Counted from the first letter of the whole stretch, positions 39,048 through 49,983 are shown. The stretch: 63,518 bases of DNA, filler included, from Octopus bimaculoides (GCF_001194135.2; 7 parts of 7 records of this genome joined end to end with filler, not necessarily neighbours in it), one strand, 5' to 3'. Made by a program: numbers and translations. Notes: generated by a model not told the origin, from the letters alone.

Positions 39048-39728
39048 CAGAGGTGTGGCTGTGTGGCAAGAAGCTTGCTTCCCAACCACATGTGTTCTGG
39101 GTTCAGTGCCACTGCAGGGCACACTTTGGGCAAGTGTCTTCTACCATAGCCTTCAGCTGACCAAAGCCTTATGAGTGGATTTTGAAGATGGAAACTGAAA
39201 TAAGCCCGTTGTATACACACACACACACACACATATATATGATGGTGCATGGCCTAGAGGTTAGGTTGTTGCACTCATGATCACTAGACTGTGGGTTCGA
39301 TCCCCCAATTGGGTGGCACGTTGTGTTCTTGAGCAAAACACTTCATTTCACATTGCTCCAGTACTCCTTCAATCAGGGAGGATTGTTGGCCTACTCACCT
39401 GGCCAGCAGGGTGGGGGTGCCATTTGAAGGCTAAAACAAGGTAAAAACACACTGTGATCAGCGATGTGTAACAACATCTGATAGCCTGGTCAGTCACGTG
39501 ATTATATATACATGTACATCGTGTGTGTGTGTGTCCATGTTTGTCCTCTACCACAACTTGACAACTGGTGTTGGTGTGTTTACATCCCTGTAACTAGCAG
39601 TTCAGCAAAAATGACTAATTAAATAAGTACCACGCTTTAAAAAAAATACAATGGTGGGGGGGGAGGTTTGACTAAAACCCTTCAAGGCAACATCCAGCAC
39701 AGCCACGGCCTGAAACAAGTAAAAGAGA
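39048..39728 (+). mobile_element. SINE family B copy interrupted by a nested SINE
   Basis: Head 39048-39210, microsatellite, insertion at 39241-39501, then microsatellite and tail to 39728. Confidence 0.8.
39241..39501 (+). mobile_element. tRNA-derived SINE, family C (my label), nested
   Basis: A-box-like TGGCCTAGAGG, B-box GGTTCGATCCC, core GTTGTGTTCTTGAGCAAAACACTT, end CAGTCACGTG. A related copy lies at about 30378-30580. Confidence 0.75.
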
Positions 39729-39883
39729 AACGATAGCAATTTATCATTCCTTAATCTTAAATCCCTGCTCTTAATCCTAAGTAATTATTTACTCTTTCAT
39801 AATTTTAAGTACTGCTTTACCTTCAGTAGAAAGAACAAACCAATCACTGATAGCAATGAAAGATTTCAAAAATATCAGTTTAC

Positions 39884-40023
39884 CTTTTCTGCTGCAACTT
39901 TGAAGCGGTGCCCTCTGAAACCGTTCTGTTGCCTCTTGCTGCAATAATCGCCGGTGCAGTAAAATTTCTTGGCGTCGGTTCTCCTCTCTTTGACTTTCTT
40001 GCTTCCTTCGTAGAGCTAGAACT
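39884..40023 (-). CDS. CEP126: CEP126-like coiled-coil exon (K-VLALRRKQESQREENRRQEILLHRRLLQQEATERFQRAPLQSCSRK-G)
   Basis: 140 nt, CAG acceptor, AAG|GTAAAC donor, phase 2-1. RQEILLHRR...EATERFQRA matches the CEP126 N-terminal REQILQQRK...EVTEKFQRA pattern (recalled). Confidence 0.85.
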
Positions 40024-40068
40024 CTGGAGAATATGAGGTGAAGTTTAAAATAATATAGAATATATATA

Positions 40069-40345
40069 TATTGGGTCATCCCATAAATAATGCACATCTT
40101 TTACACTTCTTTTATTTTTCAAATTAAGTTCTTTTTTTAATCTAAAATATCCTCTCCTTCATTTTCTACAATGCTCTTCCATCTCTCTGGTCGACTAATC
40201 AGATGAGGCAATGTCCGGCAAATATGGTGGGGCATCGTTTCCCATTCAAACTGCTCCAGCCTTTGGAATGTCATCCTCGCTGTATGTGGCCAAGCATTAT
40301 CCCGATGGAAGAACACTTTTCATCCTGAAACCAAAGACGCTCGTT
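40069..40345 (-). mobile_element. Tc1/mariner remnant, internally deleted
   Basis: FHRDNAWPHTARMT...LEQFEWETMP...PYLPDIASSD...RWKSIVENEGEDILD, followed by a mariner-style end TATTGGGTCATCCCATAAATAATGC at 40069-40093. Confidence 0.8.
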
Positions 40346-40384
40346 TTTCTTCTAGTGCTGACTTGAATGACCAAACGCACATTT

Positions 40385-40575
40385 ATCCCTAGCTTCTGCA
40401 TTAAATACCAGATAAGGGAGGAGGAACCTCATCAAAAGCTTTCTCCATGTCACAAAAACCAAATACACAGAGATTTATTTTTCGCTAAACACTTTTCCAG
40501 CTGCCTTACCAGTATAAATGGTGCTTCTCCCCAGTACAAAGCCAAACTGCATCTCCTCTACACTAACTCGCATCC
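40385..40575 (-). mobile_element. RTE-type RT fragment in a CEP126-like intron
   Basis: EEMQFGFVLGRST...RQLEKCLAKNKSL...DMEKAFD, with frameshifts (RT subdomains 2-3). Confidence 0.7.
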
Positions 40576-40664
40576 TAATTAGTTGACCTATGACCTTCCC
40601 TGTAACTTACATTACCTGGTTTAGCAATTTGATACCTCGGAATAAAGAAATATATTCTACTTAC

Positions 40665-40817
40665 TTTCTCCTTTTGTTTGTTTCTTGAGAGAGGCGCCTG
40701 GCTTTCCCTATGATATTGGCCGTTTCTTCATTGTTGCGGTTAACACAATCCTCATAGGAAGCATTCAGGAGCTTCAGTTTTTCAATCTGGTATTCTTGTA
40801 GTTTGCGAAACCGTTTC
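40665..40817 (-). CDS. CEP126: CEP126-like exon (KRFRKLQEYQIEKLKLLNASYEDCVNRNNEETANIIGKARRLSQETNKRR)
   Basis: 153-nt open exon with GTAAGT donor at 40664. KARRLSQETNKRRK resembles human CEP126 RARKYFVESNRRKK (recalled). The acceptor is ambiguous: TAG at 40820-40818 or AGs about 25-30 nt further upstream. Confidence 0.75.
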
Positions 40818-42249
40818 CTAGTAAAACTTTCAGGATTAATAACTGTCTAGGAATGTGTTTGAGGGAATTTGGGACTAAGATGTTTTGGTGAGGTAGCAGA
40901 ATCATTAGCATACTGGGCAAAATGTTTAGCTGTATTTTGTCTGTCCTTATGTTCTGAGTTCAAACTCCGCCAAAGCCAGCTTTGCCTTTCATCTTTTGAG
41001 GTCAGTAAAATAAAGACCAGTCAAGGACTGGGGACCAATGTAATCAACTTAACTATTCCTGGAGTAAGAGTACAAACAACAGCATGCTTCTGCCAAGCCA
41101 GTGTGGCAGAGGTGGCTCGTCAAACCAGTATGATGATCTCAAGCTCAAATTCACAGCCTCCACATCAGACTGTGGTTGGTGGAGAGAAACATGCTGATGT
41201 CCTGTGTCCTGCAATGGACTGAACATGGGCGACCCAATCCAAAAGGTGCAGATATGATTGTATGTTTAAGAAGTTCACTTCACAAACACAATTTCAGGTT
41301 CATCACCATAACACAGCATCTTGGGAAAGTGTCTGTAACTATAGCCCCAGGCTAACCTAAAACTTGTGAGTGAATTGTGTAGACAAAAACTGAAAGAAGC
41401 AGACTGTGTGTATGTGTGTGTGTGCGTGTGTGTGCGTGCACACGCTCTTATCTTGGCATGTCGCAGTTACTGTAAACAAACATCACCATCATACAAGCAG
41501 TAACATTTATTTGCAATCTTCTCTTGTATGGAAAAACATGAGAGTTAGTGGCAGGAAAAATATCTGGGCATAAAAAATTCCACCTCAGTAAATTTTGTCT
41601 GGCTATGCAAGCATGGAAAAGTAGATGGGATGATGATTTGCCCGCCACTTTTTATCTGAAGATAAAGGAAAAAAACATTGGATAGCCAGGACAAGAAAGC
41701 CTTCATAAATTTGCTGTTGAATCAGGTCTGACCTGAAGCTCGACAATTGGTTCAGCAGGAGAAACAACTGTACCAACAAATGAAATGTCCATGCAACCAT
41801 GAAAAATGCTAAAAACAAGCCAATGAAGAGAGTCTCTATATGGTGGCTTAACTGTTAGAAATAGCAGGTAATACTTCTTCAGATTACATTATACTGTCTT
41901 TTACAAAGGACATATTGGATGAAATAGTCTGACATATACTGTGTCTGGACAAAAAGGGGAAAAAAATTGGTATGGTCAAGGCTGGGACCTTTCAAGAAAG
42001 ATCTACTTGATTGGAGCAGAGTTGGAATTAAACAACAACAATGCGGATTATATGCTTAAGGGTTTCCATAGTGTCAAATATATTTTGCAGTAAACGTGGT
42101 GAGTCTTACATGAGAAGTGACTGTCAACAAACAGCACATTCACATTTTGCTGACAAGTTTTTTTAAGTTTGCTATGATTGTTTCTACAACTAGATGTGTG
42201 GTTGCAAAGAGTCCAAAATGACACGAGATCAATGATAAAATAAAATGCA

Positions 42250-42500
42250 GGTGTTTATATTGGATTGGACATGTCCTCGAACAAGATCAAGAAAGTAATT
42301 ATATGGTGGCAGAAAAGTGGCATCCTGAGGGGAAAAGAATAGCAGGGCACCCTAAAGCCACATGGTGGAGGACCACTGACAAGGAAAGGAGATGAGAAGA
42401 GTGGAGAAGCTGGAATGAGATCAGAACAGTGGCAGAAGACAGAGGAGCTGGTTGGAGAGATTGTGTTGTGACATTATGTAGCTCATGACACATAGAGAAC
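42250..42500 (+). mobile_element. RTE-type LINE 3' fragment
   Basis: WIGHVL...KWHPEGKRIAGHPKATWWRT...SWNEIRTVAEDR...WRDCV; characteristic RTE C-terminus. Confidence 0.7.
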
Positions 42501-44189
42501 TAACACCCAACACCAACTAAACAAAGTATACAGCATACATTTCTTTCTACAACCTCCACAATAACCAGCCCTCAATTTGGGTTTCTGATTAACCTGTTCC
42601 TAGGTTAATCGGAATCATAGATTGCTGTGCTACTCATAAACCTTCTCAGTAGTTCAATTATTTGGTGAAAAAATACTACCAAAGCAACTTAAAACGTGCA
42701 AAGGACGGGTGCGTTTGCTAGTATATATATTGTCATCGTTATCAACCTCTGGACATAGAACTGGTGAGGCTGGTGACATTGTTTCCATGGCATGAAAGTG
42801 GCTGAGGTGACAACATTCTCTCTGAATGGGATGCTAGTCTGTTGCTGAGTGACTCATTTACAGCCAAGTGGACTGGAACAAGATAAAATAGCACAGTAGA
42901 AAAGATTTATCCAAGATGCCATGCAGTGAGACTGAACCCAAAACCACATAGTTGGGAAGTGAACTTCTTAACCACATGGCCATGTGTTCACCAAATAATA
43001 AAATATGTAGAAATAATTAATTTAATAAGCTCGAAGATGTCTTATGTAATTCAAAGTATGGCGTGACTCAGGGAAATCTTATTCCAGTGACAAAGGATAC
43101 ATGCCAGGTTAAGAAGGAATGAAAATGTGATGAAAATGTTTATTACTTGTAAGTTTGGTACTGAGGTGTGACAGTACTAATTACCCTCTCTCTCTCTGAT
43201 CAAGCCATGAACTTTACATCACTATTAAATATCAGAAAGATAGAGGCAAGTAAGCAGGTGGGCAGGCAATCAGGCAGGTGGGCGGGTGGGCAGGCTGACA
43301 GATCGGTATATAGGGATACAAACAGACAGACAGAAAGATTCATAAAGATAAATAGGTAGGTAGAATGAAAGAGACAGAGAAAGAGAGAAAGATGGAGACA
43401 AACAGGTAGGTATGTAGGTATATAGACAGGCAGACAGATAGATAGAGAGATTAATCGATAGATACATGCATATAAATGGATGGATAGATAAAATGCTGGG
43501 CAAATAAAGTGCACACAGTTTGATAAGGACAGAAAATTAATGAGTGGAAGATAGACTGATATATATTTCAATACCATATTGCCAACATAACGTTCAAAAC
43601 TAGAAAAGGTGACAGACTGAAAACTTTCCATTTACTTTCGACATTCAACGGAAAGAGATAAGGTGCCATAAAGTTCTATTCGGTTAAAACCATTAAAAAA
43701 ATTTTTTTAATTCACCCCCCCCCTCCAAATTTTTTAATTCATACCACCCCCACCATCACTCCCATCCTAAACGTGAAGATGAACGGCTTGTGTGCGAATG
43801 AACGGAGAAAATATGCTAGAAATAACAGCCAAATCTCACAAAACTGCGATATCAGAAGAAAGTAATTCAACAACGCGGGTTGATGAACCGTAAGACGTGT
43901 GGCCAGAACCTCCTGGAAAATAACCATAGCGAGGGACATTCCACAGTTGAATTAGAACAGTCACAAACAGTGAAAGAAGACATGCACCCAACACCAAAGA
44001 TGAAGACACCTCCGAAAGGAGGGGCCCCGCGCCACGTCAAAACGGTAGAGGAGTAGGGGCCGAAACCGGACGTGGTTCCTCCTGATGATGTCTTGAGCAA
44101 ACTGGATCCTATAAAGGAGCTGTTGTGGTAGCAGACCACGAAACATGGTTGAAATTCCCCATGAAAGAAATATGTAATCAATCTACTCA

Positions 44190-45113
44190 CCTTTCTGCAA
44201 AAGTTTCTTTCAGAGTGATTTCCCACAGTAATATGAAGACAAAGTGAAATGAAAGTGTTAATTCTTTTTTGAACAACCGAAACCTCCGCCTCTGGAATTT
44301 GGCGCGGATAAACTTCGGCAATTTCATTCCGCCCGATAATCCAGTGATATACTTCAACCGTCTTTTGATTCGGGACCCACAGACCTCAACTGTGTGTAGT
44401 CTTCCGTGTTTTCAGGAACCTGGATATAATGTTGCAGCCTCCACAAAAAACTTATGAAGTCGCTGGGTTGGAGGTGAGGCAACCCGAAGGAAAAGGAACC
44501 AAGCGACGAACTGCTTCAGGTATTCGGGTCTCATTGCAGATCGAATTATGCTGGACTGATGGGTTGACGGGATCAACAGAATGCTGACAGTGGTTCACTT
44601 GAAAGTGTGTATAGCCCAAGTTGTTGAGGTTACTATAGGCACGCCAACAGTCAGTAGAAATAATTGAGCCCTGCCTGGTGTGACGGGTAATAAAGTGGAG
44701 TAAGAGTCCCAGCATCTCGTCTGCCAGCCTCACCAGATTCGTTTAGCAGTGGAACCATAAATGCCTTCTCACTTATCCGTTCCAGTCCGCCAAAAAGCCA
44801 AACCGTTTTCACAGTCCTGCCGCGTTGGTATTTTCGATGGACCAAAACCGTCTCATCAACTTCTACTTCAACCCCGCGGTCCTCCGATAACACTTTCGTG
44901 GGTTTTCTGCCCCAAACTGGCAGACTTCCAATCTACGGAGGTTTTACGGCAGAATCCGAGGTTTTTCCCCCGATTAATTTGTGCAACCAAACTGTGCTGA
45001 GGAAATGGTTGATAAAAAGCAAAACTTTCGAAGGCGGATACCTTCCAGAAAGGTGCCCTTAAATGTAGAATATGGAATATCCACATTGCCTCCTCGACCG
45101 TCCAAGTCGTCGC
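44190..45113 (-). mobile_element. Merlin (IS1595/ISXO2-like) DNA transposon, frameshifted transposase
   Basis: Across frames: SVDWK...VIGGP, VEVEVDET, RKYQRGR, WLFGGLER, GSIISTDCWRAY, GYTHFQVNH...VDP, EYLKQF. These are Merlin/ISXO2 DDE motifs. The 5' end runs into a linker and no TIR pair was identified. Confidence 0.88.
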
Positions 45114-45907
45114 NNNNNNNNNNNNNNNNNNNNNNNNNNNNNNNNNNNNNNNNNNNNTTAATTAATTAANNNNNNNNNNNNNNNNNNNNNNNNNNNNNNN
45201 NNNNNNNNNNNNNGGGAGATGACAAAAAAAGAAGAGACGGGGAAGTAGCAGGCAAGAATAATAGAAAGATGGAGGGGAAAGGGAGGGGAGAAGTGTGAGA
45301 GAGAGAGAAAGAGAAGGAAGGAGGGATAAGGGAGAAGAGACAAGGGCGCAAGAGAGAAAGAAAGAGAGAGAGGGACAGATACAATCAGAAGTACTGTGTG
45401 TGTGTGTGGTATGAGATTATCACATGAGAGACGAGAGCAGTAAGCACTTGGTTGATAGAGGTTAGAGTAAGGATATAACATAAAAGAATGGAGAGTTTGT
45501 ACAACAAAGCGTTTGGTGAAATTGCGTCTTAGTTTCGTCATTCACTCATCAGAGGCTGTTTTTGCACCTGACGAGTGAATTACGAAANNNNNNNNNNATG
45601 TTTCGACCAAAGATTGGTCCAGGCCATGTCTAACTTAATAGCACCTAAATCCTTTTTACAGTCAAATTTTGTTTATCGTCCATTCAAGTAGTGAGTTCTT
45701 ATTGAGTGAGATGTATCCAGGTGTCGGTAGAGAGTTTATAGCCATCACCAATTTATAGATGTAAAATCAATCCCCATTAATACACTCGGTATTGATCTCA
45801 TTCACTTCAGGAGGAATGAAAGACAAAATGGAAACCAGGATTGAAGAAGATTTAAGGATTACAGAAATTTCCATTGAAATTAAAGACATTTCTTTCGTTG
45901 AACTTAC

Positions 45908-45969
45908 AGTGAGAAAGACTTCGCTGTTGGCTTTCGTTTGGATCTTCAATAATATCTCGCTGTTCCGGC
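45908..45969 (-). CDS. TBXT: Brachyury post-T-box exon (R-PEQRDIIEDPNESQQRSLSH)
   Basis: 62-nt exon, TTTACAG acceptor, GTAAGT donor, phase 2-1. Completes the split Arg codon (AG|G). Resembles the segment following AKER in Brachyury proteins as I recall them. Confidence 0.88.
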
Positions 45970-46084
45970 CTGTAAACGGGAAAATATACAATGGAAAATA
46001 TACAATAGATGCATGTATACATATATGCATAGACGAAGTTGGCCATATTAACATTGATGAGACAAAAGAAGATTGGTGAAACTT

Positions 46085-46450
46085 AAAAATTAAAGCAGTC
46101 ACCAAGTTAAAACACAACCAGCCAGATATTAGTGTGTGGGACCACAAAGCAAAGATATGTTCTGTTGTGGAAATCAACTGCAAACTAGACGCGAATGTGG
46201 TTAGAAAAATACAAGTGAAAGAGGACATTTATGGATCATTGATAAGGAATTTTCAAACCCAGTACCCAAGATACACTTTCAACTTCATATTATTATTATT
46301 GGAGCAACATGATACGTAGCGACCTGTCTAGAGCAAAGTATAGTTGAAGTCGGGTCTGTAGGGGAGAGAACGCAAATCCTTAATTCACACGTTACAAATG
46401 ATCACGACATTTGGGACTATAAAAAACTGCAAGACCTTCAGATTTAAAGG
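46085..46450 (+). mobile_element. R4/Dong-like RLE endonuclease fragment
   Basis: KHNQPDISVWD...VVEINC...KEDIYGSL...YPRYTF (PD..D..E..K pattern), ending GTIKNCKTF; homologous to 51024-51494. Confidence 0.78.
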
Positions 46451-46469
46451 AAGATGAAGAAAACAAGAT

Positions 46470-47050
46470 GCTTTCCTTCACAACCTTCCATCAATGACTT
46501 AACTGTTTCCCCTATATTTAACGGGGAATGTTACAAGTATCTAGGGGTGGATGAAAATATATCTTACAATGGCACCTGTAACAAAACACGTGTCACTGAA
46601 GAATATTACAGCCGAATAAAGAAAATTTGGACCTCAGAACTCTCCGCATTCAATAAAACAGTGGCCTACAATGTGTTTACTGTGCCAGTTCATTTGGTCT
46701 ACTTGATTGGACACCTGATGCAATACGAGCCATTGATGTGAAAACCCGGAAAATACTAACAAGCACGAATAATTTCCATATCAACAAGGTGACATCGACC
46801 GCCTCTACCTAAAACGAAAACAAGGTAGCAGAGGCTTAAAATCGAATCAGACTGCTTTGAATGTCGTATCATATCCCTTCGGATACGGTACATCTTTTAA
46901 CCAACAAGTGTTGAAGTGCATCCCTTGACCAAGTTTGCATACACGAGGCTGATAACATCATAAGACTTGGAAGGCAGTTCCTTGAGCAGCATTCCTTGTC
47001 TGATAACCTTAAATACATGCCCAAAGAAGTCTCACGACTCGACCGCTGTG
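46470..47050 (+). mobile_element. R4/Dong-like RT C-terminal fragment
   Basis: CYKYLGVDENISY...YYSRIKKIWTSELSAFNK...DVKTRKIL...DIDRLYLKR; typical post-RT region of RLE-type LINEs, with frameshifts. Confidence 0.78.
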
Positions 47051-47322
47051 TATCATCAGTCCAGTTGATAGTCCAATCACTGCAGTATTTGTCCTGAGAT
47101 AATACCTCTTACGGACGTGCTGTGTTAAAAACAATAAATATGAGAGAGAGGGGGAAAAGTTTACCCCCAACAAAATCCAGCGAGAACACCAGATATATTT
47201 CAATGACGCGTACTCGTAGCTAGTCACAAGCTCGGACGAGCAGTCATCGTGTCTGATAGATGTAAAACGGATTAAAACATTTACCGATGTTGCCAATTGT
47301 GAGATTTAATTCTGTGACTTAC

Positions 47323-47384
47323 CTTTCTTTTGCATCTAAGAAGGCTTTGGCGAAGGGGTTGTGTTTAATTTTCAGTGATGTGAT
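47323..47384 (-). CDS. TBXT: Brachyury T-box C-terminal exon (ITSLKIKHNPFAKAFLDAKE-R)
   Basis: 62-nt exon, TTTCAG acceptor, AG|GTAAGT donor, phase 0-2. Continues the previous exon in frame; KIKHNPFAKAFLDAKER is the canonical end of the Brachyury T-box. Missed by the ORF track. Confidence 0.96.
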
Positions 47385-47495
47385 CTGAAAGACACCGAAA
47401 TACAGAATTATGAAACCATGCCCTTAATCCATAAACTAAATCAAAGTTAATTAAAATCAATGCTTGATTGGTTTGTAAATATGGAAACAGCCCAC

Positions 47496-47609
47496 GGGCA
47501 TATAGCATAGTGATTAAGAGCGCGGGCCACCAACCCCAAGATTCCGAGTTCGATTCCAAGCATTGACCTGAACAATAATAATAACAACAACAACAACAAC
47601 AACAACAAC

Positions 47610-47664
<55 letters not shown>

Positions 47665-47800
47665 TCGAAAAATACCTTAAGAATGAGAATCCAGGTTTGA
47701 AATTTCCCCAAGACACCTGATGAAGGCTGCAGGGTGTATCAGCCGAAACGTTGTGTTAACAACAAACAAGACGAGGACAAATATCCATCAAATGTAAATA
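47496..47800 (+). mobile_element. tRNA-derived SINE, family D (my label), with internal (AAC)n(AAT)n
   Basis: tRNA-like head TAGCATAGTGATTAAG...GAGTTCGATTCC (B box 47548-47557), triplet tract, then a tail containing CTGATGAAGG...CCGAAACG. Confidence 0.7.
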
Positions 47801-47824
47801 AGGCAAATAATGAGCGTTCTTTCA

Positions 47825-48046
47825 TCAGTCATTTGACTGTGGCCATGCTGGAGCACCGCCTTTTAGTCGAACAAATCGATCCCAGAACTTATTTTTTGTA
47901 AGCCTAGTACTTATTCTATCGTTCATTTTGTCGAACCGCTAAGTTACGGGAACGTAAGCACACCAGCATCGGTTGTCAGGCGATGTGGGGGGTGTGGACA
48001 AGCACAGACACGCAAACATATGCATACACGCACAAACACACACACA

Positions 48047-48079
<33 letters not shown>

Positions 48080-48250
48080 AGATATACGATGATATTCCAC
48101 ACAGTTTCCATCTACCAAATCCACTCCCAAGGCTTTGGTCGGCCCGAGGCTATAGCAGAAGACATTTGCCTAAGGTGCCATGCAATGGCACTGAACCCAA
48201 AACCACGTGATCAGTACGCCAGCTTCTTACCACACAACCACTCCTGCGCC
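47825..48250 (-). mobile_element. tRNA-derived SINE, family B (my label), full length, with internal microsatellite
   Basis: Head GGCGCAGGAGTGGTTGTGTGGTAAGAAG...GGGTTCAGTGCC, central (TG)n tract, tail GCTTGACAACCG...CAGCATGGCCACAGTCAAATGACTGA. Lies in a Brachyury intron. Confidence 0.85.
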
Positions 48251-49930
48251 AATGTGCATTTAGGTATTATCTCTTCACTTAATATTCGTTGAAAAATATC
48301 CAATCAGCGAAAAATGTACGAAATTATCTCCCCTTTAACTTAATGTTTGGTTTTCTTTCTGTTCACATTTTCCTCTGTTATTTATTTATTTTACTGGAAA
48401 AGCAGGGACTCTATTAACCCTAAAAATCCCTTCACGTATTACCTCCTTAAGAAGAACTCTTTTACTAAATAGAAACCTAGTATTGTCTTTTATAGTTCTA
48501 CACGTTCTTCCACACTCATTAACCTTTGTTCTGCTCTTTTCGCCTTCGGTCGACTTAGATGAAGAATACACGCTTCATAGCATCGACAGTCGCTTTTTCT
48601 ATTCAATAATTCCAGCTCCATGCCTTAATAGTGAAACTGCCCTCAAGTTGACTGTATGATACTTTCCGCATTCAATCTGGATTTTATAAATCTTCAGAAG
48701 TCTGGAGACTTACTCATCGTTTATGGCGTTCTTTAAAATCTTTGGTAGCTTTAAGCTCCCTCTGTTAATATATTAAAGAGATGAGGATTTCATTAAAAGA
48801 CCGACATTTTGATCAGAGAAATTCCGGATGGCAGTACCCGTAATATTTCATCAGCATGATAAACAGCATTTACCCCGCTTCCCCCACCCCAATCTCAGAG
48901 TCCTTCTCTCTCCGTTTATTTCGGAGAACGAAATAATCTGGATCTCGACTGAAGAGAGAAAACTCCGAATGACCTGTCCGTGTTTTCTTTGTATCGTCTA
49001 TCTGGATGTTTTGTCCCTTTCTTGTATCACCTAACTGTCTGGATGTTTTGCGTCCTTGTCCCATTCTGTATTATATATATATATATATATATANNNNNNN
49101 NNNNNNNNNNNNNNNNNNNNNNNNNNNNNNNNNNNNNNNNNNNNNNNNNNNNNNNNNNNNNNNNNNNNNNNNNNNNNNNNNNNNNNNNNNNNNNNNNNNN
49201 NNNNNNNNNNNNNNNNNNNNNNNNNNNNNNNNNNNNNNNNNNNNNNNNNNNNNNNNNNNNNNNNNNNNNNNNNNNNNNNNNNNNNNNNNNNNNNNNNNNN
49301 NNNNNNNNNNNNNNNNNNNNNNNNNNNNNNNNNNNNNNNNNNNNNNNNNNNNNNNNNNNNNNNNNNNNNNNNNNNNNNNNNNNNNNNNNNNNNNNNNNNN
49401 NNNNNNNNNNNNNNNNNNNNNNNNNNNNNNNNNNNNNNNNNNNNNNNNNNNNNNNNNNNNNNNNNNNNNNNNNNNNNNNNNNNNNNNNNNNNNNNNNNNN
49501 NNNNNNNNNNNNNNNNNNNNNNNNNNNNNNNNNNNNNNNNNNNNNNNNNNNNNNNNNNNNNNNNNNNNNNNNNNNNNNNNNNNNNNNNNNNNNNNNNNNN
49601 NNNNNNNNNNNNNNNNNNNNNNNNNNNNNNNNNNNNNNNNNNNNNNNNNNNNNNNNNNNNNNNNNNNNNNNNNNNNNNNNNNNNNNNNNNNNNNNNNNNN
49701 NNNNNNNNNNNNNNNNNNNNNNNNNNNNNNNNNNNNNNNNNNNNNNNNNNNNNNNNNNNNNNNNNNNNNNNNNNNNNNNNNNNNNNNNNNNNNNNNNNNN
49801 NNNNNNNNNNNNNNNNNNNNNNNNNNNNNNNNNNNNNNNNNNNNNNNNNNNNNNNNNNNNNNNNNNNNNNNNNNNNNNNNNNNNNNNNNNNNNNNNNNNN
49901 NNNNNNNNNNNNNNNNNNNTATATATATAT

Positions 49931-49983
<53 letters not shown>

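Noticed and set aside
43164-43171. T-box half-site AGGTGTGA (and TCACACCT at 32252-32259)
   Set aside because: A couple of 8-mer hits are expected by chance in 63 kb; no paired or palindromic arrangement.
43867-44226. 120-codon minus ORF considered as a downstream Brachyury exon
   Set aside because: No Brachyury-type HRxxPY motif or suitable phase-1 acceptor; it lies across a linker next to the Merlin copy and more likely belongs to it.
47496-47565. tRNA gene candidate
   Set aside because: A/B boxes are present but I could not form a full cloverleaf, and it continues into a SINE body; treated as a SINE head.
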